Assembly: GCF_017876815.1 (NCBI RefSeq)
Contig: NZ_JAGIOS010000003.1
Coordinates: 120,001 to 152,000, forward strand
DNA from: Sinorhizobium meliloti
GTDB taxonomy: Bacteria > Pseudomonadota > Alphaproteobacteria > Rhizobiales > Rhizobiaceae
Reading direction: 5' to 3'
Length of the DNA: 32,000 nucleotides
Every line of letters starts with the position of its first letter. Position 1 is the stretch's first letter. Of the stretch, positions 17,405 to 25,680 are shown one piece after another. A program made the translations under genes and the position numbers. The notes beneath the pieces are model-generated. The model made no database searches and was not told the DNA's origin. It saw only the letters and a list, made by a program, of their open reading frames with translations.

Positions 17405-18078
17405 TCAGTCTTTGATCGGTTTTAGACGGCGTGAGATCTGGTCGCGATAAGGCTCGTAGCGCGTGGGAAGCTTCACTGCCCCACAGAGGTGTGCGGTGTC
17501 TTCATCGCGGTCAAACCCCGGCTCGTTGGTCGCGATCTCGAACAACACGCCCCGGGGCGTGGGGAAGTAGAGCGCCCAGAAGTAGTCACGGTCTATGACA
17601 GGCGTTACCTGATAGCCGGTGTCCATCAGAGCCTTGCGAACCTCGAGCTGAGCCGCCCGATCGTCCACGGCGAAGGCGATGTGATGCACCGAGCCAGCGC
17701 CGAGGCGGCGAGATCGGCCTTGGGAACTGTTTCCAGAGCGATGACGTCGGCGCCGTTGCCGCCGCTGGCGGCGAAGCTCGACCGGTCGCCTTTGCGATCC
17801 ACCTCCTGGTAACCCATGAAGCTGATTAGCTCGCGCGTTGCACCGGCATCCTTTAGAGGCAGACTTGTCCGGTGGAAGCCCGTGATCGCCTTGTCCGGGT
17901 CGACCTCTGTGTTGCCCAACCGGGCCGCGGGCGCCATCGACTGCGATAGACCTCCGGGTCGTCGAAATTCACAGTCTTCTTTACGCGGCGCGGCCGAGCG
18001 CCTTGGCAAGTCGCTGTTCTCCTGGGTGCTGGCGCCCATCGACGTGAGATGATGAAGGCCTTTGATCTGTGTGAGCAT
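17405..18078 (-). pseudogene. Ring-cleaving dioxygenase / glyoxalase (VOC) family, MhqO-like; multiple frameshifts and an internal deletion
   Basis: The homologous segments sit in three different frames. They are MLTQIKGLHHLTSMGASTQEN (ORF 17626..18078), RRVKKTVNFDDPEVY (ORF 17853..18083), ITGFHRTSLPLKDAGATRELISFMGY... and then GAGSVHHIAFAVDD...DRDYFWALYFPTPRGVLFEIATNEPGFDRDED (ORF 17405..17689). The total span is about 224 codons, against about 310 expected for this two-module family. Confidence 0.7.
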
Positions 18079-18149
18079 GGCAAGTTCCCTCGGCTAGCGT
18101 GTATCGCCTGATCTGGAGAGAAAATCGCTCAGGTCCTCATGAAAGTGAA

Positions 18150-18195
18150 CAGCAATAATATTGACAAATTTGTTGCGAAAATTGCAATAATATAG
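18150..18195. promoter_or_regulatory. AT-rich divergent control region with candidate LysR operator elements
   Basis: A 10-bp direct repeat GCAATAATAT (18152-18161 and 18184-18193) flanks a perfect 10-bp palindrome ACAAATTTGT (18164-18173). An 8-bp palindrome ATTGCAAT lies at 18181-18188. The region sits between the LysR gene and the decayed dioxygenase gene. Confidence 0.35.
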
Positions 18196-18197
18196 GC

Positions 18198-19097
18198 ATG
18201 GGCGATCTAAGCGACATCCGGGTTTTCTTGGCCGTAGCGCAGCAACGCAGCTTCACCGCGGCGGCGCGACAGTTGTCGATGACACCGCCGACCGTGACCC
18301 GCTCCGTCAGCGCGCTGGAGCAGAGCCTGGGAGTGCAGCTCCTGCTGCGCACCACACGTCAGGTTTCATTGACGTCGGCCGGCGCCGTCTACGCGGCGCG
18401 CGTAGAGCCACTGATCAGGCAGTTCGACCAAGTGAGGGACGATCTGCGCGAAGAGCAAGGGGACGTGGCCGGGCTCATCCGCATCAATGCGCCGCTTTCA
18501 CTCGGCCAACAACTGCTGCCGGACATCGTCTCAGGGTTTCGGGCCGAACATCCGCAGGTAAGCGTTTCGCTGTCTCGAACCGACCGCTTCATCGACATCG
18601 TGTCCGAGCGTTTCGATCTCGCATTGAGAGTTTCGGAGGCGCCGCGCGACAGGTCGACAATATGGCGAAAAGTGTGTCGCGTGCGGCGCATCCTTGTCGC
18701 CTCCCCAGGCTATCTCGCCATTTTCGGAACACCTGAGACGCCCGATGATCTCAGTCGACATGGCTGTATCGCCTACGACGAGGAGGCGATCTCCGAGACC
18801 TGGGAGCTGACGAACGGTGGGCGCACCCGCAAGGCGTTCGCCGGCAAAGTGCTGGCGGCGAACAACGGCGAGTTAATTGCCAAACTGGTGGAAGACGGGC
18901 AGGGCTTAGCCCTGCTGCCGCATTTCATCGTCGGCGATGCGCTAGCGCGCGGCGCGCTGAAGCAGGTCCTTGCCGAGTGGGAGCCTCCGGAGCTCTGGCT
19001 GACATTGTACTATCCGCCCTACGAGAAACTGCCGATGCGCGTTGCGAGATTCTCGGACTTCTTCGAAAGATATGTTACCCATACGCGCCCGCTGTGA
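18198..19097 (+). CDS. LysR-family transcriptional regulator
   Basis: The N-terminal wHTH is DIRVFLAVAQQRSFTAAARQLSMTPPTVTRSVSALEQSLGVQLLLRTTRQVSLTSAG, followed by a LysR substrate-binding domain (IRINAPLSLG..., LALLP.FIV). The protein is 299 aa. Confidence 0.92.
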   Translation: MGDLSDIRVFLAVAQQRSFTAAARQLSMTPPTVTRSVSALEQSLGVQLLLRTTRQVSLTSAGAVYAARVEPLIRQFDQVRDDLREEQGDVAGLIRINAPLSLGQQLLPDIVSGFRAEHPQVSVSLSRTDRFIDIVSERFDLALRVSEAPRDRSTIWRKVCRVRRILVASPGYLAIFGTPETPDDLSRHGCIAYDEEAISETWELTNGGRTRKAFAGKVLAANNGELIAKLVEDGQGLALLPHFIVGDALARGALKQVLAEWEPPELWLTLYYPPYEKLPMRVARFSDFFERYVTHTRPL

Positions 19098-19341
19098 AGA
19101 AAAGGCGAACTCAAGTCCTCTTTTCGCGTCGGAAGGCGTCCTTTCCGGCAAAAGGCGAGCATATGTTACAAGAATTTGACGACGCCCTCAGGCATGCTTC
19201 CTTTGAATCGGACTTGAACGGCCTATATGCGGCCCTTCTGTTGTCGAGATCTTTTGGGTCTTCCGAATCGCGAATACGGTCCCTCGGCCGGTCGCTACCG
19301 GACCTCTCGCAACAGAAAAGCAGATTTGTTTGGAGGCGCGA

Positions 19342-20250
19342 ATGAGTCAAAGGACCGGAACGGAAGAGGGCGTCGGCGCACATTTTGGGCTGCCGTATGC
19401 TCCATGCCTCCCGGCTCGACCGGTTCGGGACGCCGGGTTTTCCGTGACGCGCCTGGAATGGCGGCTCAACGGGGAGGCCAACCGCTTGGTATCCTTGCCG
19501 CCCGATTCAGCATACTTTCTGATGCTGTACCTCAAGGATGCGTATCATTGCGACGTTGCTCCCGATGGCACCGAGAGCGAGACTCTCCGCTTCCGGCAGG
19601 GCTCCGTTTGCCTCGTCGATCTCGCTCATGGCGCCTGCATCCGGCTGTTCAGCGATCTCGATTCCCTCGCCTTCCAACTGCCGCGAGAGCTCATTCGGGA
19701 AGTAAGCGAGTTCTCGGCTGCCCCAAGAGCAACCACGCTTAGATGCCGTCGCGGCGAAGACGACGATGTGTTGCGCAATCTCGGAGCGGCTCTTCTGCCG
19801 CTGTTCGAGCGGCAAGGAAATTCCCACACTGCGGTCTTACAGCACATTGCCATCGCCATTTGTGCCCACTTGCTCCACGCTTACGGCGATCATGGCGGTC
19901 AGGGGGGACCCCGTTTAACACAATTTACTGTTTGGCAGGAGAGGGCAGCAAAGAACTTCATGATCGACCATTTTGCCGATCAATTCCCAATGGCGGCAGC
20001 AGCTTCGGCGGCTGGTGTTTCCATCCGTCGCTTTATCGAAAGCTTCAAACGCGTAACGGGCCAGACGCCGAAACAGTGGCTACTGGGCTATCGAACAGCA
20101 CGTGCCAAGCAGTACCTCGGCGAGCGTTCTTTGACACTTGCAGAGATCGCCACCGGGTGCGGCTTCACCGACGAGGATCATTTTACCAAGGTTTTCCGTC
20201 GAGTGGCGGGTACCACCCCGGCAGCCTGGCGGGCGCGTTGGCTGCATTGA
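19342..20250 (+). CDS. AraC-family transcriptional regulator (1 of 3 in tandem)
   Basis: The C-terminal double HTH reads VWQERAAKNFMIDHFADQFPMAAAASAAGVSIRRFIESFKRVTGQTPKQWLLGYRTARAKQYL...LAEIATGCGFTDEDHFTKVFRRVAGTTPAAWR. The ATG at 19342 has GGAGG 5 nt upstream. The track start at 19330 is a TTG. Confidence 0.9.
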   Translation: MSQRTGTEEGVGAHFGLPYAPCLPARPVRDAGFSVTRLEWRLNGEANRLVSLPPDSAYFLMLYLKDAYHCDVAPDGTESETLRFRQGSVCLVDLAHGACIRLFSDLDSLAFQLPRELIREVSEFSAAPRATTLRCRRGEDDDVLRNLGAALLPLFERQGNSHTAVLQHIAIAICAHLLHAYGDHGGQGGPRLTQFTVWQERAAKNFMIDHFADQFPMAAAASAAGVSIRRFIESFKRVTGQTPKQWLLGYRTARAKQYLGERSLTLAEIATGCGFTDEDHFTKVFRRVAGTTPAAWRARWLH

Positions 20251-20300
20251 CAGCGGTTTCGGTTTCGTGTGCGAATGAGGGCCGCTCCGCATTCTAACTT

Positions 20301-20342
20301 TGGACTATTGTAGCACCGCAATCGAACCCTGGACTATTGTAG
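20301..20342 (+). promoter_or_regulatory. Two perfect copies of TGGACTATTGTAG, 29 bp start to start (candidate AraC-type operator)
   Basis: The copies lie at 20301-20313 and 20330-20342. The second ends 52 nt upstream of the ATG of the second AraC gene. I did not see further copies while reading the window. Confidence 0.4.
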
Positions 20343-20394
20343 GATCCGAAACAACGGTGTATCGCGCCTAGCCAGAAATCGGGAGACCACGTCG

Positions 20395-21303
20395 ATGGCC
20401 CTGCACGAAGCATTGAACGCCGCAGGTCGTGTGCCGGGCCCGATCGTCAAGTCGATTGCTGCCGGCGATATCAACGTTACGAGGACCTATTCCGATCGGT
20501 TTGATCTGGACGTCGCACCGGCCATCCCCTGCACAGACGCATTTGGCGTTATTGTTCAGCTTCGTGACTTCGATACCCATCGGCTATGGCGACGTGGCGA
20601 ATTGGTTTACGAGGGCGGACACGCAAAGGCGTCGCTGGCAATCACCGACCTACGCGACCAGTGGCAGTGCCATCATCTCTCGCCGTTCGACAATATCCGC
20701 TTCCACATTCCGTTTTCCCGCATGCGTGCCTTCGCGGAAGAGGTGGGCCGTAGCGAATATATGGCGCTCGCTTGTGTCCAGGGGCGCATAGATCCGGTCA
20801 TGCACGGCCTTGCCCAGGCATTGCTGCCATCGCTTGACGATCCTAGCGACGCCAATCCTCTGTTTCTGGAGCAGATCAATCTCGCCATGTTGGCGCACCT
20901 CAGTCAAACCTATGGCGGGCTGCACTTCCCCGTGGACAAAAAAGGGACTCTGTCGCCTTGGCAGGAAAGACTCGCTACGGACTTTTTGGCTTCCCATTTC
21001 AACAAACCGTTTTCGATTGGAGATCTGGCTTCTCGCTGCGGATTATCGCGCAGCTATTTCAACAAGGCTTTCAAGGAGAGCTTTGGGCGCACCCCTTCAA
21101 AGTGGCTGACCGAGTACCGGGTCGCGCGGGTCAAGGAAATGTTGTTGTTGGACCTGTCGATTGCTGAGGTCTCGATCAATTGCGGCTTCGCCGATCAGAG
21201 CCACATGACCAGGGTCTTCACAAGTCTGACTGGCGACACACCGGCACGCTTCAGACGAAAGAACAGGACGTTCGGCGTGGCCTTGGATCCGCTAATGGTC
21301 TAA
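20395..21303 (+). CDS. AraC-family transcriptional regulator (2 of 3)
   Basis: The protein has LSPWQERLATDFLASHFNKPFSIGDLASRCGLSRSYFNKAFKESFGRTPSKWLTEYRVARVKEML...IAEVSINCGFADQSHMTRVFTSLTGDTPARFRR. GGGAGA lies 8 nt upstream of the ATG. Confidence 0.9.
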   Translation: MALHEALNAAGRVPGPIVKSIAAGDINVTRTYSDRFDLDVAPAIPCTDAFGVIVQLRDFDTHRLWRRGELVYEGGHAKASLAITDLRDQWQCHHLSPFDNIRFHIPFSRMRAFAEEVGRSEYMALACVQGRIDPVMHGLAQALLPSLDDPSDANPLFLEQINLAMLAHLSQTYGGLHFPVDKKGTLSPWQERLATDFLASHFNKPFSIGDLASRCGLSRSYFNKAFKESFGRTPSKWLTEYRVARVKEMLLLDLSIAEVSINCGFADQSHMTRVFTSLTGDTPARFRRKNRTFGVALDPLMV

Positions 21304-21518
21304 TCGCCTCCATTGGCTCACATCGTTCAAAACGCGTGAATTTCGTACAAGATCGTTTTCCCGGTCGCGGCGATGATGCGGCGATTGAGGGCGACTCCGC
21401 GCACCTGAGTGGAGGCTGCCTCTTGAAACCACGATCCGCACAGGGCCTCGGTCCTATTCCGATGTTTGTGGTCGAGAGGTTTTCGCTACAGGTAAGCTCA
21501 AAATACGGGACCCAAGGC

Positions 21519-22430
21519 ATGACGGACGTCTCTTCCATCGCAGCAACCAAAAGACATGACAGTCTCGGCTGCTCCATGGACAGGCTCGACGATGACCGAA
21601 CGATCGAGGGCCGTGACATGTCGTTCCATCGCAAGAGGTCGGCTTCGGCGCCGCCCGGCAGAGTCACGACACCAGCGACCGGACGCGGATATCTGCTCGG
21701 TCTCTCCGCAGCAGGCGGACACAGTCGGCGGATCATCAAAGAGCACCATTCGACTGTTCATGATTTTGAGCAAAATGCGGTCTACCTGCGGAATTTCGCC
21801 GATGATTATTGTGCTGACCTCAGCGGCTCCTTCGACTTCATGCTGCTCGAAATCAATCATAACGCGCTCGAGCGGATCGCCGACGCGGCGGACTTGAGAA
21901 GTGTCAGCGAGTTGCGCCCGGTTGCCGCCCACGCAGATCCTGTGCTTGGTGGCATGCTGGGCGCCTTGTTTGCGACAGTGGACGGAAGCGCCGACAGGAG
22001 CGCCTTGTTTGTTGACCAGCTCTCGATCGCAATTGGGGTTCATGTTGTTCAGCAATACGGCAACGGTCGCGGCAACGTGGCGGCCAGCGGGCGCCGGCTT
22101 TCCTCACGTTGCCAAGCCAGGATCAAGGACCTCGTCCAAAGCCAGCTGAATGGTGAGCTGACCGTCGAACAGCTCGCTTCGGCCTGCAATCTGTCGCAGG
22201 CCACTTTTCTTCGGGCCTTCCGCGAAACGATGGGGAAGACGCCGCATCGATGGCTGCAGCAGCAACGCATCGAAAAGGCCGTGGATCTGCTGCAGTTCTC
22301 ACAAACCCAGTTGAGTGAGATCGCCAGCGTATGCGGCTTCTCCGACCAGAGCCACTTCACACGTGCCTTCGTACAGGCGATGGGCGCCACCCCCGGGGCC
22401 TGGAGACGAAGCCGGCAGTTGAGCGCTTGA
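21519..22430 (+). CDS. AraC-family transcriptional regulator (3 of 3); start uncertain
   Basis: The C-terminus reads LSSRCQARIKDLVQSQLNGELTVEQLASACNLSQATFLRAFRETMGKTPHRWLQQQRIEKAVDLL...LSEIASVCGFSDQSHFTRAFVQAMGATPGAWRR. The ATG at 21519 gives 303 aa, matching the 302-aa neighbours. ATGs at 21462, 21576 and 21618 are alternatives. The track start at 21180 lies inside the previous gene. Confidence 0.8.
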   Translation: MTDVSSIAATKRHDSLGCSMDRLDDDRTIEGRDMSFHRKRSASAPPGRVTTPATGRGYLLGLSAAGGHSRRIIKEHHSTVHDFEQNAVYLRNFADDYCADLSGSFDFMLLEINHNALERIADAADLRSVSELRPVAAHADPVLGGMLGALFATVDGSADRSALFVDQLSIAIGVHVVQQYGNGRGNVAASGRRLSSRCQARIKDLVQSQLNGELTVEQLASACNLSQATFLRAFRETMGKTPHRWLQQQRIEKAVDLLQFSQTQLSEIASVCGFSDQSHFTRAFVQAMGATPGAWRRSRQLSA

Positions 22431-22655
22431 AAAAGAAAGCGCGGTTCCAGTCAGGGAGCCAAGAGTGCGCTATGCGACGGTACGGTTGACACCTCTCTTA
22501 CTGGTTCAACTGCAGCAAGTGATCTCTCATCAATTCGTAGGTCGCGCGCTTGGTGGCGATCAAAAAGTTCAAAAGTCCCTCATCCGTTACAAGAAATGGG
22601 CAGTCGTCCTCGCCATGGTGTCGGACATCAGCAACCAACCGAAGAGGCCACTACC

Positions 22656-23306
22656 ATGACCGCGACACCGACCCCCGGGAAACTTCTCGTTTCGCCCAAG
22701 GATCACGCCCTGATCATGATCGACTTCCAGTCGCAAATGTCCTTTGCCACAAAGTCGATCGACGCTGTGCAACTGCGCAACAACGCGGCGGTGGTCGCGA
22801 GCGCGGCTGCCGGCTTCGGTGTCCCGACGATCCTGACGACAGTCGCGGAAAAGAGCTTCTCCGGCCCAATGTTCGCGGAGATCACCGATGCCTTCCCCGA
22901 ACAGCCGCTTCTCGACCGCACCTCCATGAATACCTGGGAAGACGCAGCGGTGATCGAGGAGGTCAACCGAATCGGAAAGAAGCGCCTCGTCTTCTGCGGC
23001 CTTTGGACCTCCGTCTGCATCGTCGGCCCGACCCTGTCAGCGCTCGATCAGGGCTTCGAAGCCTACGTCATTGCCGATGCCTGTGGCGACGTGTCGGACG
23101 AGGCGCATGAGCGCGCCATGGACCGCATGGTGCAAGCCGGAGTCCGTCCGATGACCTCGCTCCAATACATGCTCGAGCTGCAGCGCGATTGGGCACGCAC
23201 CGACACCTACGACATGACCACCGGCATCGCCAAAAAATTCGGCGGCGCCTACGGCCTCGGTATCATCTACGCCAAGACCATGTTCGGCGCTTCCGAAGGC
23301 CACTGA
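22656..23306 (+). CDS. Isochorismatase-family cysteine hydrolase, YcaC-like
   Basis: The protein has ALIMIDFQ (catalytic Asp), VPTILTT and RLVFCGLWTSVCIV (catalytic Cys), and the C-terminal LELQRDW parallels E. coli YcaC. The ATG at 22656 has GAAGAGG about 8 nt upstream. Confidence 0.85.
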   Translation: MTATPTPGKLLVSPKDHALIMIDFQSQMSFATKSIDAVQLRNNAAVVASAAAGFGVPTILTTVAEKSFSGPMFAEITDAFPEQPLLDRTSMNTWEDAAVIEEVNRIGKKRLVFCGLWTSVCIVGPTLSALDQGFEAYVIADACGDVSDEAHERAMDRMVQAGVRPMTSLQYMLELQRDWARTDTYDMTTGIAKKFGGAYGLGIIYAKTMFGASEGH

Positions 23307-23391
23307 CCTTCACTGGGGTTGCTCAGCCGAGCGCCACTCCGGCCGCCTCCAGCGGGCGGAGTGGCGACGACCAATGTTAAAGGGAATGACG

Positions 23392-23682
23392 ATGAAGATG
23401 TATCTCCTTTCACTCGGGGCCGGGCTACTCGTGGGTGTCATCTACAGCCTGCTCAACGTCCGCTCCCCGGCTCCGCCGGTGATCGCGTTGGTGGGGCTAT
23501 TAGGGATCCTCGTCGGCGAACAGGCAGTGCCACTGGTCAAGCGCCTGATGTCCGGCAATCCGGTCAACATTTCTTGGTTCAATAGTCACTGCATCCCGCA
23601 TGTTTTCGGGGAACTGCCGACCGGTGCCGCACATAATCCTGTTGCTGCGCGCGACGAGCCGTCTGCACGGGAGATCAGCTAA
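23392..23682 (+). CDS. XapX-domain (DUF1427) small membrane protein
   Basis: The sequence MKMYLLSLGAGLLVGVIYSLLNVRSPAPPVIALVGLLGILVGEQ matches the XapX domain pattern as I recall it. AGGGA lies 6 nt before the ATG at 23392, and ATGs at 23374, 23386 and 23398 are alternatives. The stop overlaps the next start (TAATG). Confidence 0.7.
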   Translation: MKMYLLSLGAGLLVGVIYSLLNVRSPAPPVIALVGLLGILVGEQAVPLVKRLMSGNPVNISWFNSHCIPHVFGELPTGAAHNPVAARDEPSAREIS

Positions 23683-25667
23683 TGCCGACCCGCCGCGGTT
23701 TTCTGGGTGCAGCGTCCGCCCTGGCGCTCCCTAACCTGTTTTCACCGGCGCGCGCCGCCGATCCCGTTTCGACCTCAGGAGACAAGCCAATGAGTGCCGA
23801 TCTGATCCTGCACCATGGTCTGGTGACCACGCTGGACCGGACGAACCCGAACGCCACGGCCATCGCTATTCGGGACAGCAAGTTCCTCGCCGTTGGCGAC
23901 GACAGGGACATCATGGCGCTTGCCGGACCAGAGACGAAGGTGATCGACCTGAAGGGCAAGCGCGTCCTGCCTGGACTGATCGACAATCACACGCATGTCG
24001 TCCGCGGCGGTCTCAACTACAATATGGAGCTGCGCTGGGACGGGGTGCGCTCTCTCGCCGATGCGATGGACATGCTGAAACGTCAGGTGGCGATCACACC
24101 ACCGCCGCAATGGGTCCGGGCGGTCGGCGGCTTCACCGAGCACCAGTTCGTCGAAAAGCGCCTGCCGACAATTGACGAGATCAACGCCGTCGCGCCGGAC
24201 ACGCCAGTCTTCCTGCTGCATCTCTATGACCGCGCCCTGCTCAATGGTGCCGCGCTGCGCGCCGTCGGCTATACGAAGGACACGCCGAACCCGCCGGGCG
24301 GCGAGATCATCCGCGACGCCAGCGGCAATCCTACTGGCATGCTGCTCGCGAAACCCAACGCCGCCATCCTCTATTCGACGCTCGCGAAGGGGCCGAAACT
24401 GCCCTTCGAGTACCAGGTCAACTCGACCCGCCACTTCATGCGCGAGCTCAACCGCCTCGGCGTCACCGGAGTCATCGACGCGGGCGGCGGCTACCAGAAC
24501 TATCCGGATGACTACGCGGTCATCCAGAAGCTCGCCGACGATGGGCAGATGACTGTTCGTCTTGCCTACAATCTCTTCACCCAGAAGCCCAAGGAGGAGA
24601 AGCAGGACTTCCTCAACTGGACTTCTTCTGTGAAGTACAAGCAGGGCGACGACTACTTCCGCCACAATGGTGCCGGCGAGATGCTGGTGTTCTCCGCCGC
24701 CGACTTCGAGGATTTCCGCCAGCCACGCCCGGACATGCCGCCGGAGATGGAAGGCGACCTTGAGGAAGTCGTGCGTGTGCTAGCTGAGAACCGCTGGCCC
24801 TGGCGCATGCACGCTACGTACGACGAGACCATCTCACGGGCGCTCGACGTGTTCGAGAAGGTCAATCAGGACATGCCGCTTGAGGGGCTCAACTGGTTCT
24901 TCGACCATGCGGAAACGATCTCTGAGCGATCTATAGACCGCATCGCCGCGCTCGGCGGCGGCATCGCCACCCAGCACCGGATGGCCTATCAGGGGGAATA
25001 CTTCGTCGAGCGATACGGGCATGGGGCCGCCGAGGCAACGCCGCCGATCGCAAAGATGCTGGAGAAAGGCGTGCACGTCTCCGCCGGCACCGATGCCACC
25101 CGGGTCGCCTCCTATAATCCCTGGGTCTCGCTCTCGTGGATGATTACAGGAAAGACGCTCGGCGGCATGCAGCTCTATCCGCGCGCCAATTGCCTCGACC
25201 GCGAGACGGCACTTCGGATGTGGACCGAGAACGTCACGTGGTTCTCCAACGAGGAAGGCAAGAAGGGCCGGATCGAGAAGGGTCAGTTTGCCGACCTGAT
25301 CGTGCCCGACAAGGATTTCTTTGCCTGCCCGGAAGACGAAATATCGTTCATAACGTCCGAGCTTACCATGGTCGGCGGCAAGATCGTCTACGGGACCGGC
25401 ACGTTCGCCGATTTCAACGAGAATGACGTTCCGCCGGCTATGCCGGACTGGTCTCCGGTGCGCATGTTTGGCGGTTATGCGGCGTGGGGAGAACCCGAGG
25501 GCGCGGGCAAGCGTTCTCTGCGGCGGACTGCGATGGCCACCTGCGGCTGCGCCAGCAACTGCAACGTGCATGGCCACGACCACGCCGGGGCGTGGACATC
25601 GAAGCTGCCAATTTCGGACCTCAAGGGCTTCTTCGGCGCACTCGGCTGCTCCTGCTGGGCCGTTTAG
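23682..25667 (+). CDS. Amidohydrolase-3 family metal-dependent hydrolase, Tat-exported, with a Cys/His-rich C-terminal tail
   Basis: The Tat signal is MPTRRGFLGAASALALPNLFSPARA-AD. The N-terminal metal motif is LPGLIDNHTHVVRGG, and later motifs are HATYDE, GTDATRV and LTMVGGKIVY. The last 44 aa are MATCGCASNCNVHGHDHAGAWTSKLPISDLKGFFGALGCSCWAV. Confidence 0.88.
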   Translation: MPTRRGFLGAASALALPNLFSPARAADPVSTSGDKPMSADLILHHGLVTTLDRTNPNATAIAIRDSKFLAVGDDRDIMALAGPETKVIDLKGKRVLPGLIDNHTHVVRGGLNYNMELRWDGVRSLADAMDMLKRQVAITPPPQWVRAVGGFTEHQFVEKRLPTIDEINAVAPDTPVFLLHLYDRALLNGAALRAVGYTKDTPNPPGGEIIRDASGNPTGMLLAKPNAAILYSTLAKGPKLPFEYQVNSTRHFMRELNRLGVTGVIDAGGGYQNYPDDYAVIQKLADDGQMTVRLAYNLFTQKPKEEKQDFLNWTSSVKYKQGDDYFRHNGAGEMLVFSAADFEDFRQPRPDMPPEMEGDLEEVVRVLAENRWPWRMHATYDETISRALDVFEKVNQDMPLEGLNWFFDHAETISERSIDRIAALGGGIATQHRMAYQGEYFVERYGHGAAEATPPIAKMLEKGVHVSAGTDATRVASYNPWVSLSWMITGKTLGGMQLYPRANCLDRETALRMWTENVTWFSNEEGKKGRIEKGQFADLIVPDKDFFACPEDEISFITSELTMVGGKIVYGTGTFADFNENDVPPAMPDWSPVRMFGGYAAWGEPEGAGKRSLRRTAMATCGCASNCNVHGHDHAGAWTSKLPISDLKGFFGALGCSCWAV

Positions 25668-25680
25668 GAAGGACCGTTTC

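Noticed and set aside
21180-21518. Long 5' extensions of track ORFs: 21180 for the third AraC, 5023 for the oxidase, 10773 for the ALDH, 12419 for the GhrA-like gene, 16483 for the PQQ dehydrogenase, 22596 for the isochorismatase, 25423 for DoxX
   Set aside because: The extensions overlap upstream genes or intergenic DNA, lack an SD, and add sequence not seen in the family N-termini as I know them. Internal starts with an SD give family-typical lengths.
22486-22520. A TTGACA hexamer followed 17 nt later by ACTGCA upstream of the seven-gene operon, as a possible sigma-70 promoter
   Set aside because: The -10 candidate is poor and I cannot score promoters without tools. It is too weak to report as a feature.
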